A stretch of DNA of 62,523 nucleotides, counting the filler, from Platydemus manokwari (lineage: Eukaryota), in the NCBI GenBank assembly GCA_037951405.1. It is 6 parts of 6 records of this genome, joined end to end, with 100 filler letters (N's around TTAATTAATTAA, not from the genome) between each part and the next. Parts side by side here need not be neighbours in the genome. Positions count along the whole stretch, not along the records: positions 32,856 to 42,613 come from JBBMOY011208876.1; positions 42,714 to 52,929 come from JBBMOY011157438.1; 4 more parts are not named here. One strand, written 5' to 3'. The notes beneath the pieces were generated by a model. It ran no database searches and was not told the origin of the DNA. It worked only from the letters and a program-made list of their open reading frames with translations. Below, in pieces: positions 39,219 to 53,029 of this stretch. The position numbers and the translations under genes were made by a program. The stretch's first letter is position 1; each line of letters opens with the position of its first letter.

Positions 39219-41659
39219 ATCTAGATCATTTAATCAAGGTTAAAATAACTCCAAAATATTAAATAATTTTAAAACATCTACAAATTCTTATTTGCATTTC
39301 AAAATTCTTCAAAGGATTAACCATTCAGAAGTTAATATCTGACTGCTCAAGATAATAACAGTTAAAGTCTAAATTTTTAAGTTGCACTAATATTTCCTAT
39401 TGCTAAATGAAATTATTGTTCCATGATATGAATCAATAATGCATTTCCCAAAGGTCTTTGGGTAGATTAAATCTAAACTTTAAAATCTAAAGACTAAATT
39501 TAAAATGTCAACTTATGTCGTCTTCGATGGGTTGTCTGAAATGACTTGATATTCTGAAATCAATCATAAAATTTTATTGATTTTCTGAGCTTGCAATTTA
39601 ATGAATAAAAATTAATTATAATAAATCTTTTAAAATTATTAAATTAAAAGGTGTTTTATGATTACTTTTCACTATTCTTTACAAAGTTTGCGATATTGAT
39701 GAAATATAGATTAAGAAGACTATAATAACTCTTGTAATCTTCATAAGCCGTCATTTAAACTCTTCTCGAACAGGGGCATACACGGACAATCATACGCATG
39801 CGTGCGAGACGCGAGAAAAAATTCAGATACTCATGAAGAATAGCCACACTAACGTAAAATAGCGGACATCACAATGAACCAATCAAACCTTCCGAAATTT
39901 GAAATATCAAAAAATCACTGTAATTATGTGATAATTAGGTTTGAAAAACTATAAATAGAAATGTCACAAGAGGTTTAGGCACGTCAATAATAATTATCAT
40001 AAAAAAATCATAAATCATGATCGATAATGGACTTAACCATTTTAATAGTATGAAAATAATTCCACTGCATAACCAAACATCTAGACAATATTTCTCACAA
40101 AGGGTATTCAGTATCTTTTAGATATACCTCTATTTCACATTTTCTTATTTTGTGTAGACGATTAACAATTCCCACACTAATTTGAACTATAACTCCAAAA
40201 AATATTTTCAATGCAAAGTGCTTATTTTATTAAGGCTTTAGATTTAAATCACGTTATCGATTTTTAAGTTCTTGTAAAATTCTCAGATGTGACCCTTATA
40301 AATCTGTTATTTAAATATTTTTTTAGGTTTGTAAAAGTTAATCTTTTTCATAAAGTAACTCGTTTTAATAATACTGTAACATTTTATTCAGTACAATGAC
40401 TTATAGTACAATGGCTTAATTATGCTTTCATTTTGTTAACAAGTTTTCAGTCTTTTGTTATTACTTTCTATTTTCATTTTATTCTTCAATTATTCTTACT
40501 CACCTTTCAAATTTTGCTTTATGTTATAGTTCTAAGTGTTGTACTGGTTATATTTTCTTCCAGTACTAATGATTGGTTCTTATTCTAAAAGGATTAACTC
40601 AAAATCTGGGTATATTTTCTGGAAAAACTAATCTTATAAACCAAAATATGTGCCTTTTGGAAAATCTAGTAGTAATATTTATATAATAAAATGAAGTAAT
40701 ACTTGTCATTTTCTATTATTGTACCTCTGTCACAATATGAATCAATAGTTGACGCAGGAATCATATTTGTACATTGAGAATAATACAATGCGAATTGAGA
40801 TGGTGAAATTTCATGGGAAGAGGCAACGATACTTTGAAATTCCAGAATGATTGATTCAGTGTAAAATAAATGCTGCAGCCATATAAAAACGAGACTTGTC
40901 TGACCTGATATATTTAATATTTTAAAATTATACTAAAATGCAATAAACAGATACCAAATGTCGGGGTTGTACTGAGAAACATCTCTTTTAGGAATTTAGA
41001 GAAGAAAATTGACCAGCTTAAAAAGCATTCTTTGTGCCCCAAACCCATCTGGAATTTAAAAAATGAATGATAAACAAGAAAAGGCTTATATCAATATTAA
41101 ATCCCGAGTCGCACCGCAATAAATATAGTGGTTAACTTTGAGCTATTTGAGAATTATGAATTGTAAAGGTTTAATAAAACTGTCAGATACACGCATACGT
41201 GCTACAAAATAATATAAAATATATAATAAATTAAATTAAATAATATTCCAAAAAAGAAAAAAAAGAAAAAAAGAAGAAAAAACATTTAATGTTATATAAA
41301 AACCTTAGTATCAGAACACAGGATTTGGAAAAAATTAATAATCTTAAGCATAGGCAATGTAAATATTGACAAAGAACATTTTTCAAGCAATGACCTGTGA
41401 TGAAAAAGAACAAATATCAGTGCGTTGTAACAAATCATAAACAAAGCATGTCACATCACAAAGATTGGCAGAAAAAAGCACATATTTTTGTTAATATAGA
41501 AAAGACAAAATCAGTATTCTCACACTTAAATTAAGCACATAATTTCAAAGCATAATTTAACGCATAGCATATAAAGATTCAAACAGAAATTTAAAACAGT
41601 CCATTTGACACAAACATGTTATTATTGATCGAGAATATTTTTACGTATTGGAGCAAGTT

Positions 41660-42480
41660 TACCATATTTGACGGTAAATAGGATGTACAGACATATAAGG
41701 TGCACTCCGATTTCAGCAGGGCAAATTCACGGAAAAAATGTTTTTAATGTATTTCAGCATATATTGGTGAAAGGACTTTACCAGCACATTACACTAGCAC
41801 AAAACACTTGAATATAAACAAAAACACAGTAAGATAATGGGAAAACACTTTAATCATCTTTATAATCGGAAAAATCGACATCTTCATTACTACTGCTGGA
41901 ATCATCTTCTGTGCAATCAGAGCATTGTTAATGCCACACTTCTTAAAAGACTTCACAATGATTTCTTCACCCACTAATGTTTTAGGTAGGCCACTTCAGT
42001 TGTCCTGTGAGTGTGAGATCAGGATGTGGCACAGTCATCACGCATGTTTTGTTTCAATGGTTTATTCACAGTCACATCTAAGGCCTGTAATTGGCTTGTC
42101 AGACCATCAGAAATGATAGCCAGCTGGGTTTTCAATTCACCCATCCTTTTATTATGGCTGCAGTTCTTATTTACTCTAAACTGATCCCAATAGTCCACCA
42201 GGACGCCTTGACCATATGTTTTGTAACCGAAGTTCCATTCAATTTTCGTCCATCCAGCCTTCATCAAATATTTCGCATTACTAAAATTAGTGGAAAACTT
42301 TGACTTGCATCTTGACACCAAGGAAATTTATTATTTTCAAAATCAACTTTGTCCAAGGTCTTGCAAACGGTTTTTTCAAACTCTTCTAAACCCCTTCTTA
42401 TTAAATAAATCATCATCTCTTCCAACTACGGAGATTATGTTCACTCATTTTATGTGGCACACCCGATAGTCAAAGACACT
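41660..42480 (-). mobile_element. pogo/Tigger DDE transposase remnant
   Basis: YWDQFR...TQLAIISDGLTSQLQALDVTVNKPLK and EIIVKSFKKCGI are hallmark pogo DDE motifs; frameshifted. Confidence 0.85.
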
Positions 42481-42613
42481 TGAAAGTTATAATTTCTACA
42501 CAAACGTTTACTAAAGCTTGTATTATTCGCATCATTCTATTAGGTTGTTGGGAAAATAATGGCCGTTTGTAAACGTATACTTTAAAATACTATAACTCGC
42601 TTTAAAATGAACT

Positions 42614-42713
42614 NNNNNNNNNNNNNNNNNNNNNNNNNNNNNNNNNNNNNNNNNNNNTTAATTAATTAANNNNNNNNNNNNNNNNNNNNNNNNNNNNNNN
42701 NNNNNNNNNNNNN
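42614..42713. other. Artificial contig spacer
   Basis: N44-TTAATTAATTAA-N44. Confidence 0.98.
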
Positions 42714-42759
42714 GACAGGTTTGGGATCTATGTATCCAATCTATTAAATAGATATTAAT

Positions 42760-43140
42760 ATACTTATTTTGAGAGAAAACACAAGTACCTGATTCTAGCG
42801 CTTCTCAATAATTTCGAAGTCACTTTTTTTATGAAATAACTCTAAAAATCTTAGATATCATTCCAATTGCTTCTAATGTTAAAAGGGTCCTCGTTAATTT
42901 TCAATTAATTCCATTTTGACCTACTTTGACCCGTTTTTCAAATAATTAATTTTTAATAGATTTTTAAAATCTTGTGCATTATTATTTGATTCTAAATAAC
43001 TAAAATTTTACTCAAGTGCTTAAATAAAAAATTCAAATTCATATTAATTAGTTTAAATAAATAATCTATATAGATTTTAGCAATACACTCCAAAATTTTA
43101 TTTTAGGACCCTATTTTTTAACTTTAGTCAATTTTTGTAA
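42760..43140 (-). repeat. Copy of the dispersed repeat family at 12380-13180
   Basis: The reverse complement contains ctatatag, aaagtaggtcaaa and cgaggaccc...aacattagaagcaa. Confidence 0.7.
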
Positions 43141-43149
43141 TGGAATTAC

Positions 43150-45250
43150 AGGACGTTTTTACTTGCGACCACGCCGAGATAAATGCTATGATGTGAGCCA
43201 CAGGAGAAGAAAGACAGAATATCTTTGCTAATCTACCGTAAAAAACTCAAGAGATCTTGATTCCAAAACCGTCGTTCTTCGATGCATGAGTACAAGAAGC
43301 TGAAATATGTTTCCAGACAACCAAAGATTTCTGAGCATTTAACCAAATGGAATTATCATTTGCATTCGAGAGAGAGAGACTACTGCTGTTGAGAGACGAC
43401 GTCAAACCACTGTGGCAAGAATACAGCAGTATCAAAGAAATTATTTCAAATGAAGTAATTGAGAAAAAGTTTTTGGAAACTTTCTCACATGCCAAGACAG
43501 TGTATGATAACATTCAGGATTTAGCAGCAATGCCGCAAAGACCATATGAGAAGTACGGAAGTTATGAACTTTGAGTAACGAAACTTGTGAAGGAGGTATT
43601 GGACAAGAAAAACACTCTTGAAGAAATTTTAAGACTATTTATTCTGTAAGTTCTAAATAGCAAGAAATTGAAAAAGTCTTTTACTCTCGACTTATCAATA
43701 GCCGACGATAGGAGAAGAGAGTTAGCTGTCAATTTAGAGAAGCTAAGTCCGTAAATGTCTATAAACAACATCAAGAAGACATATGGCCAGTCGGCATATG
43801 AAAGTAATCCAAGAAAATCCTTGCAGAGGGAGACTTCTTACAAGAGACGAATTAACTTGCGCAGGAAAAATATTTTAATGTAAAGGAATATCATCGGACA
43901 CCAGTTAATCACATTGAATCTCCAAACAATAACGAGACCAACAGGATCAATTAAACCTGTTGCTTCTAAATTCTAACACGATTGTAGAAAAAAACTCACG
44001 TGGTGATTATTTAAAATCAGGAACTGGTTTTTGCTGTGGACACCGGAGGTTTGAAAGTCCACTGCGGAATTAATGTTTAGTATGTGGAAAAGAAGGACAT
44101 CCGTTCAGAAAATGTCATTTAGCCCGAAAGTCTAATTCGAGGAAAATACTGTACATCCATGACAAAGAAGATAAAGCCGATATTCAAGCCTAGAGTGAAG
44201 CAGACGATTTTGTTAACTTATTCTCCATGGAATACAAAAACTGGAATCAACCTCCTATGCCTATCTCCTAAGTAGGTTTGACTCAATATGACAAATATCA
44301 ACTAGAAATAGAATATAAGTAAAGAATGAAGATAGCAAAATGAAGTGGAAGAAGTCACAGATGTGACAAAAAGCAGATGGTAGACAGTGGAGTACAATTG
44401 ATTGTAATCGGACACTTATTGAAATGTTATGGGGTTCTAGTGGATCGATAACAATGATGAATGAGAGCAATTGGAAGCGCATTGGAGAACCGCAATTGAA
44501 TATATTGCTGATAAGAAAATGGCTCAATTTTTATGGTGTTTCGGTTCGTTTTGGGACTAACAGGTTTGATCAAAAGGGGATCCTAACAAAAGGGGAATCT
44601 ATTACACAAAACCCCGGAGGTAACCAATAAATTTAGAAACCAAATTTCAAGAATTGATATAAATTGATAAAAGTTAATGTCATAAGCCAGTGCAAAAGCA
44701 TTTGGAATTTGCCTTTGGTCGTGCTTTCAAATAAAGATGGATAGATTAGTATTGGTTTAGACTTAAAATAATCGAACGAACAGACCGAAAAGATTTCTTT
44801 TCTGGTACTTTATATCCAAACGATTTTGAATTCTTTGTATTGAATGACAGTCTTTTCCACGATATTTTTAGGCCAAACATATTATCCGGTCGAACTTTAA
44901 GAAATTTCTAAATTGTAAAAGGGCGTTTTAACAGATTATCATTCGGACTATGCTCTGCACCAACAATGTTTCAGAGCCTAAACAATGTAATATTCAAGGG
45001 TTTACAAAAGTGTTCTTGTTTATCTGGATGACATTTTAGTGTATGGAAGAACAGTAGAGTAACACAATGTGAAACTGGACCGGGTATTTAGGTTGATCAA
45101 ATCATCAGGTTTGAAAATCAATCCCGAAAAATGTGTATTTTGAAACAAAAAATTGAATTTCTTGGATCATACGGTTAGTGAAGAAGATATAGAAACTAAT
45201 AACGACAAGGTGAGGAAAATTAAAGAAGTAATAAAACCCTATTGCATAAA
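43150..45250 (+). mobile_element. Decayed Ty3/Gypsy element: gag, protease and reverse transcriptase
   Basis: Knuckle CLVCGKEGHPFRKC (~44075); protease-like MLWGSSGSITMM; RT motifs SIWNLPLVV..NKDG, FGLCSAPTMFQ, VYLDDILV and KINPEKC. Confidence 0.88.
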
Positions 45251-46894
45251 GTGCACACATTTAATCATTTTTTATCCTGAATAAGGTGGCTAAGATATGG
45301 TTGCACCCTAATATTTTGGATATCTTTCCTTCTTTTAAAATTATTCTAGTTATCGGTTCCATAAACCGTGGTTTTTCCTTCTGCATTGATTGAGTGTTTC
45401 ATTATTTGCACTTAGATTTCTTTACATCTGTAATTATAAAGAGCCTCACCAAAATAGGACCGAATATCCAAATTTCATGCTACTATGTTTGAGTTTATCA
45501 AAACCATTGCCATTCAGTTTACCTATTGTATTTTGAGCCAAATAAAGTCTAATTTATTACTGAAATACTGTGTCATTTTAAGTCATCTTTGTGGACTTCA
45601 ATTTTATTATTTTAGTGATTTGTCCATCGTAATTTATTTCTAGACGAAAATTGAACATAATATTTATTACACAGTGAAATTGTTATCAAAATTATCTCCG
45701 AATTTATTAAACTATAAAAACTAATTCTATAAAAAGTAAAATTTATACACAAGAAAATTTCTTTTTATGTTTTAATAATTCTTAATAAGTTTACTACTTA
45801 AAATGATAACTGGTATGGCTTGAAGTATTCCAGTACCTTCAATAACTCCGCCAATGATACAAAATCATGTAATTACTTCAAAATATGTTGAATAAAATCG
45901 ACTTATATCAAATAAAGATTACAATGTTAATAATAGAAAAATTAATTATTTAATTTCTTTAATTTATAATTATCGAATTGAAATAAATATTTTTAACAAT
46001 TGTTTACAATTTTAAAATTCATTAAAATATTAAATTTAGCACGATTAAATGTTGTCAATTTCCTGCTAAAATTAACTAACACGCTAATGATCCATAAAAA
46101 TTATTACAAAAATCTTTCTACTTAAATGGAATTAACAAATACTAATTATAAAAATGATTTATATTGTTATATGTTCCTCACTAAATAATGAAGTCATCGG
46201 TAATATTAATAACATTGATTCATTTAAACAATAGTTTAAACACACTTAGTTTTATAGAAAATGTAATAAATAAAATGTATAATTAAATAGCTTGATAATT
46301 CAGTATGTTTCAGCTCAGGTCGTTTTAAATATTGTAAAACAAATATATGAATAAAATTTGGATAAAATATTTAGTTTATTCCAACATTATCAATAATAAA
46401 ACACATTTTGAGCACTCGATAATAAAGGCAGAAAAACATGTCTTATATCTGCTATGTTAATCAATGAATAACAAATTCGTTGCTATCCATCAATGTGAAT
46501 AAAACAATTCGAATATAGTTATGAAAACAATTCTATTTGTTATTGGTTATGAGATGAAATTGTAAATTATACTGACGAATAATGTCTGTTAACCAATAAA
46601 AGTTATTTATTGAAAATGTTGATAATATTTATTAAATACCTATGTTATAGTTGTTTAAGTGGGCCACTCAGATATTTTCGTACAATAAACATAAATTGAA
46701 GAGGTTTGTCAGAATTTCTTTTAATATATCATAATCATAAAGTAATATAAATAGAGAGAAAATATAAAAATTCACAAGCATTTTCTCACCAAAATGATTT
46801 AAATTACAAAATATATTACAAACAAATATGTCATCATATTGATTTTTATGTTATTTTCTAATTCAATCCCATATCTGTTCATAATAGGATACAT

Positions 46895-47730
46895 CTTTTG
46901 AATTCAGGTGTACTAATAACTACTATTAATAAAATATCATTAATACAATTATTATTATTTATGTGTATTCAATACTCACACATAATTTTAAATTTGTTTA
47001 ACTAGTTGTATAAACTGGTTGCTGAATAAAGATGAGATGTCCTAAAAGGAAAAACGATTTTGCACCTTGAAACCCATTTTTTTTAGCTTTTTTAGAATTT
47101 CCATGCCTACACAACAATACAGGTATAACAATCAACCAATCACAGCTGACTTAGATGGAAAATGATAATTGTAAAAAGAAACATAGCCACACAACACCCA
47201 TATAGGAATGGACCAATTCCGCATATACAAAAATCAACAAGTCCAATAGGAACTTAACAAATTAAAGATAAAATCAAAATGAAGTATAAGCTTGATACAA
47301 AAATTGCCGATGATCATAATGACACATACCTTTTGAATTCAGATGTACTAATAACTACTATTAATAAAATTTCATTAATACAATTATTATTATTTATAGA
47401 GTTTCAATACTCACAAATAATTTTTTATTTGTTTAACTAGTTGTATAAACTACTTGTTGAATAAAGATATGATGTCCCAAAAAGAAAAACGATTTTGCAC
47501 CTTGGAACCCTTGTTTTAACAATTTTAGCATTTGCACATCTACACAACCACACAGGCATAACAATTGACCAATCACATCTGACTTAAACGAAAATGATAA
47601 TTGGAAAAGAAACATAGCCACACAACACACATACATATAAAAAAATCAACAAGTCCAATAGAAACTCAAGAAACTTGAGAAATTAAAGATCAAATTAAAA
47701 TATGATATTAGCGTGATACAAAAATTGCCA
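46895..47730. repeat. Diverged tandem duplication, about 420-435 bp unit, 2 copies
   Basis: gaattcag-tgtactaataactactattaataaaat at 46900 and 47335; aactagttgtataaac, gattttgcaccttg, aaagaaacatagccacacaacac and gatacaaaaattgcc all occur twice. Confidence 0.9.
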
Positions 47731-47899
47731 TAAATCTCAAGTATAAATATTAAGATAAAGATAGCCAGGTGGAAGCCAAGTTTTTGTTTGTAATTTTTGA
47801 GATATTTGTAGAAACTTTAAATCGTGATGATTAGTACACGTTTACAAAAATACAGTTTGCAACTTTCGATTATTCAGTCGTCAACAATTGTTTGATAAC

Positions 47900-49790
47900 T
47901 CCGACATAACACAAAAATTAATTTAGAGGCAGACAATAAAAATTCAGACAATCAAATTCTCCAAAGTCAACAGCAAGTCCAAACTCAAATTAGAAAGAAT
48001 CCTCAAGCAGACATTGTTAGCTCTCAGAAGCTCTCAGTCGACAAGTACGAAGCGAATCCAGTAGATTCTGGGAACTTCATGATAGACTATTTCATGTATA
48101 TCTCTACATACGAATGGACTGAAAGAACAATGATTTAAAGACTGCTTCTCCACATAAAAGGTGCACCAAGAGAGGCCTAGAATACAATTGAACGAAGAAA
48201 TATCATTAAGTTTACAGTCATGAGAGATGTGTTTTCATACTCGTCACAATTTGTTCTTCAGATCTCAGAAAGCTTATAAAACACACGGGTATATTGCGTA
48301 CCACTTGTAAACTCCAGCAGAAAAGGCATTCGAAACGAAAACTAGCGAGAATCATTTAAATCTCGAAGTAGCTCCACTTTCCCAATTCTCAAACAAAAAG
48401 ATTCACCAGTTCGGGATATCAGAGTGTGCTTAACATGCGGTGAAATTGACTACCTTCCGAGAGTCTACAAAACAGAAATCTTCACGAAATCATCCCAACG
48501 ACACATTTTTAACAGTCAAAGCCACATTAAATGCTTCTCCTTTAGTAATCTCGCAAGGTCATGTTCATAAAACATGAGTAAATTTCAGCAATCGTCTCCG
48601 AATAAGAAAGTAAGTTCTTAAGACCATCTACCCAGAGTCAATTTGGCACAGTTTGAATATCAAGCTTAATAGGAATCAAAATCGGTGATGAGAGACAAGC
48701 TAGAAAGTTAGATCGAAGAAATATAGGGTAAAGAAGGGCATAATCTAACGATTGAGATGCAAAAATGAATATTGATGATGACGAGAGTAATAAATAATTG
48801 ACACATTGGAGAACGAAATTGGAGATTTGTATGACGCGTTTTGAGAAAATTCCGACAAAAATTTGGAACGCGGTGACTTTGCAGAATACCTTTTAATTTA
48901 GGAGAAAATTAAAATAAATTATGTTCAGTTATGTCGTGGCAGCTTTTGAGGAGTAGGTAATTAATCCAGGATTTGTAAAAATAATTACAGAAATGTTGGA
49001 TTTTATAGAAGTTACTTATAAAGTGAGAGATTTCGAAATTTAGTTGAAAATTTGGTAGGATATTTAATTAAAGTAGAGTTAAATTATTTTTTGAGAGTTC
49101 GAGATATTAGAAGCCAGACTGCAAGGGGAGTTGCTCTGCTTTCCTTTTTGAATTAATTTTGCGTAATGATGAAAACGGTGTTGTGGTGAAAATAGAAAAA
49201 CAATTTATGGGAGAATGGAAAAATTCCCCCGAAATGATAGCACAAGTGAGTACATTATTAAAGGAAGGGCTTTTTACGTTGTGTGGTAAAAGGATAACTT
49301 AAATCTTCCTCCATTAGAGATCAGTTTGATGAAATCAGGGGTTGAAATGGAGAACTTTAAACAGCAATGATCTACAAAGATAAAGAGAATTAGTAGAAAG
49401 ATTTCAGAAAAATTGTGAATCGAAGCAGTTCTTATTTTATCATATTGTGATCAAAATTTAGATGATAGTGAACATCTGTTAAATTACGGATGTATTACTG
49501 GAAAAACTAATTAAATTAATGTTAAGGTTTATACTGAGCAAAGAATTGTCAATGAAAATGTGAAACATAACCGAGTCAATTTACAAAAAAAGTGGCGCAA
49601 TGTATGAAATTCAAAAAGCAGTATTTAATTTGCCAGCCCGTTAAAGTAATGATACTTTCAATAATAATGAAATTTTGAAAGATTATGTTATTAAAGAATA
49701 GAACAAAAAATCTAATGAAATTGAATAAATTAATAATAAATATCGAATATATTTAACGAAATTATAGAACAAGATAAAGAAAATTAAAAG
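47900..49790 (+). mobile_element. Gag (two knuckles) plus domain X of a decayed LTR element, same family as 5040-7036
   Basis: NFMIDYFMYISTYEWTERTMI*RLLLHIKGAPREA (~48070-48180); CLTCGEIDY (~48427); HWRTKLEICMTRFEK (48804-48848); NPGFVKIITEML; LNLPPLEIS. Confidence 0.72.
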
Positions 49791-51200
49791 TTGGAATGTT
49801 ATCCTTTTCCTTTTGGAGTAAAGTAAAACTTTTTACTGAGATTATGATGTTATATTTCGCCAAAATAAAGTTAGAACTTTCATTGCACAATTTTGCTCTA
49901 AAACAGGATGAGGAAAAATTTGTTCATTAATGGATATAATGGAATGGACAAAATCGTATCCGATGAAAATTTCTGGTAGCGATGACAACCATAGTTTTAT
50001 ATATCAAGACTCGAATTTTATTCGAGATCAGTTAAAAGAATACTGTTGCTTTAGTAAGTGGTGTTACACATCACTGTTTATGATATAGGCAATTCCTAGA
50101 TCGTTAGCGAAAGATGCCTGAAATTGTGAAGCAGCCTTTCAAACTGGAAAATTAAAAATAGACAACGAAATTAGACCGTTTGCGAAAAGAGGTTATATTA
50201 TAAGAGAATTTTTTGTTATTATACGACATGTCGAGGCCAATGGAGGGTGTAGAGGAGAACCATATAAATGTTCTGGACAAATTTTTGATAAAGTTGTAGT
50301 AATGGAAGATTATTCCGTCGAAATACGACAATGGGAAGGTGAATCTGATGAATGGACTGGACAAATTCAAACTCATCCATTTTGCAACTAAAAACACAAA
50401 TGTTGCCAAACCGGTGAGTCAGTATTAGTTTACTATGTAAAATCACAGGATTGTAATTTGAATGAAGTTAAAGGTGAACGTGTAAATAAAGCCATCAATA
50501 GTTTACCTTTCAAAGGAACACCTAACGGCAAGATAAATATCATTCCAGTAAGAACAAAGCCAACTCCAACTGATTTAATGTCAACTCTGACCGAAGATGT
50601 AATGCGCTTTATTAGAAAAGACACAGTAGCAAAATATGGTAAATTAGTGTATAAGACCAATTATAAAGGACTACGTGTATAAAAAAATAAAACTATAAAG
50701 TGCCAAAAAACATCCACAGCGATGACCTAAAACTGACATATTATTTCAGTAATATATACTTTTGATTTTGGTCGAAAAACAGGAACTAATGTATATTTCT
50801 TTCAGAACTTATATTAAATTACCGTAGGATAAAATTTAAACGCAGTAGCACCTATGCTGGTCATCGAAAATGGGATATTTGGTCACGTTCTATGTAAAGA
50901 ACCACATAGTTACATGTAAAATAAACTCCCAGCACAAATAATGAAACATAATACATGTGCAAACGAGCTTCAAACCAATTTCGAAGAGAAACTATATTTA
51001 ATGGAACCGATAACTCATTTTAGATGAAGGAAAATATTGGAGAGTAACCCAATACTTAATATATTCTACATCTTTAAATAATTTGGCAGTTACTTGAATG
51101 TATTCACCAGAAGACTTGGAGGATGCTAGACGTTATTTTAGGATGTGTTCCTTTTGTAACTTAATCTTAATCATTAACAATCAGTATGAAGATATGAATA
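49790..51200 (+). pseudogene. Chuvirus (Jingchuvirales)-like class III fusion glycoprotein (env-like), decayed
   Basis: One frame from ~49800 to 50730 and again 50821-51025 with few stops: FIAQFC...SLMDI, FIYQ, CEAAFQTGKL, GGCRGEPY...DKVVV, CN*KHKCC...VLVY...C, GKLVYKTNYKGLRV, GIFGHVL, TCANELQTNF...LMEPITH; then MYSPEDL (51098). Motif order and Cys spacing match chuvirus-type glycoproteins as I recall them. Confidence 0.68.
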
Positions 51201-51569
51201 ATATTAAATCTGAAATGAGAAATAAAATGAAAGTGAATTCCGTACATATTCGATTACTTACGATAACTCACCGAATGACCAAAACAATGACTTTAAATCA
51301 GGAGATGATAAAAATATAATATCGAGTTCAGATATATTAGTATCAAATTTTGGAGACTCATGAACCATATTAAGATTAGAAATGTTTCGAAAAAAATGAA
51401 CCGCGTTTGAATAATTTATTAATATCCTCAATATTTAAACCACCACGTTTTTATCTTTTGAGTGAGTTCGTAGAAATGTAGAAAAATTTAAGAGAAATAC
51501 TAAAAATAAAAAGAGTGCCTTGGGGTGTAACAGAAGAAATAATCTAGCGATACATAACTCATATATATA

Positions 51570-51870
51570 TAAAACACTTGGACACAAGGGTCCAACACCT
51601 TCCAAACGCATTAAGCTAAATAACAGACCAGCTGGTGCTATTATTGACTCAAGATAAAATATGCTATAATATCAAGAGACTTTCTAACACAAAGGAAGAA
51701 AATGTAGTTTGGGCATTAGGAAGTATAAAAACATATGTAGCGTTGATACAACAAATGGTCGGGAGTCCTGTGGTAAATATTTAAATGACAAGTGAGATAA
51801 TACAACACATTGTAGTTGTAATGCTTAGTTTGAATGTTTGTTAGGAATGGATATACTAGAACGATAAGGA
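51570..51870 (+). pseudogene. Retropepsin (aspartic protease) remnant
   Basis: GPTPSKRIKLNNRPAGAIIDS(R) with the catalytic Asp at 51646, then IISRDFL, and the C-terminal motif FECLLGMDILE at 51829. Confidence 0.7.
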
Positions 51871-52929
51871 AACATACCAATGGATTTGCAAATAGGAAAT
51901 CTTTTCCAATCCTCTTCTATCAAATTAATTCATAATTCAAATGAACTGCATTTAGCGTGTATGCAGTTCAGAGGTTGTATACGATGTTAGCACATCAGAA
52001 AATGAAAAAGGATGAATATTATTTGATCCAAAGAAGTGGTTCGTGCAAAAAATATGAAATACCAGTTTGTTATAAATTAGTATTGAGAGAGAGAATGAAA
52101 AGATTCCAGTTCATCTCTACAGTGGATAAAAATGGACATGGTTACAAATTTTTACAAATTTCAAATAAAAATTAAAACCAGCTAATTAATACATTTCAAT
52201 AAACTTTGAAAGTTTATAAATTACTACGATACACATAAAAAATTGTCATCATCAATAATTGTCAGAGTTAGTTCAGCATTTGAATTTTAAGTTGGATTTG
52301 TCGACGCACCAACATAAGTAAGATTGAGTAACTTCCAGTAAATATAATATTTTTTGTGACATGATATTTGATTTCATATGCTATAGTTTCTTATTTTATT
52401 CGGTATATTATTTTATTTTGATTTCATGTGTGATTATTGTGATATGGTTTTAACTTTATTATCCTGTTATCTGTTCAACCAACGTGACGAATTAATAGAG
52501 GCAAATACTATTTGATGTCACGCAGTAAGTAATAAACATAATAAATAATATTGACACATTATATGCTTTGAATTGTTACAAGTGTTGGGCTTTTGGAAAA
52601 ACTGACTCCGTTATCTGCATGAATTAATCTTTTAAAAACCACCCCTATATCAATGTATAAAAGTATATTGCATGAAAATAATATTTAAATTTTTTTGGAT
52701 TATAATTCTGGAAAAGCTCTGCGGTTGATGAGACGATCTCCTTAAGTGCGTTGAAATTGAACGATGGGTCTACTCCAATTGATGTAACGATAATAACGGC
52801 AGTGACAGAATTCGTCTATGGTTTTGTGTCAGCGAAAATAATGGCAGTTTTCATTGAAATCACTGCCTTATATAGGCAGCGAATTACTTGCAGATATTGT
52901 CTGCGATTAAATTTAATGCCAGTGAATAT

Positions 52930-53029
52930 NNNNNNNNNNNNNNNNNNNNNNNNNNNNNNNNNNNNNNNNNNNNTTAATTAATTAANNNNNNNNNNNNNNN
53001 NNNNNNNNNNNNNNNNNNNNNNNNNNNNN
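52930..53029. other. Artificial contig spacer
   Basis: N44-TTAATTAATTAA-N44. Confidence 0.98.

Noticed and set aside
39240-39750. Possible Ac-like hAT transposase traces on the minus strand
   Set aside because: Only two weak motifs (SWNN, EW..L); too decayed to call.
52751-52981. ORF running into the N spacer
   Set aside because: Artefact of the linker; it overlaps an LTR-like repeat.
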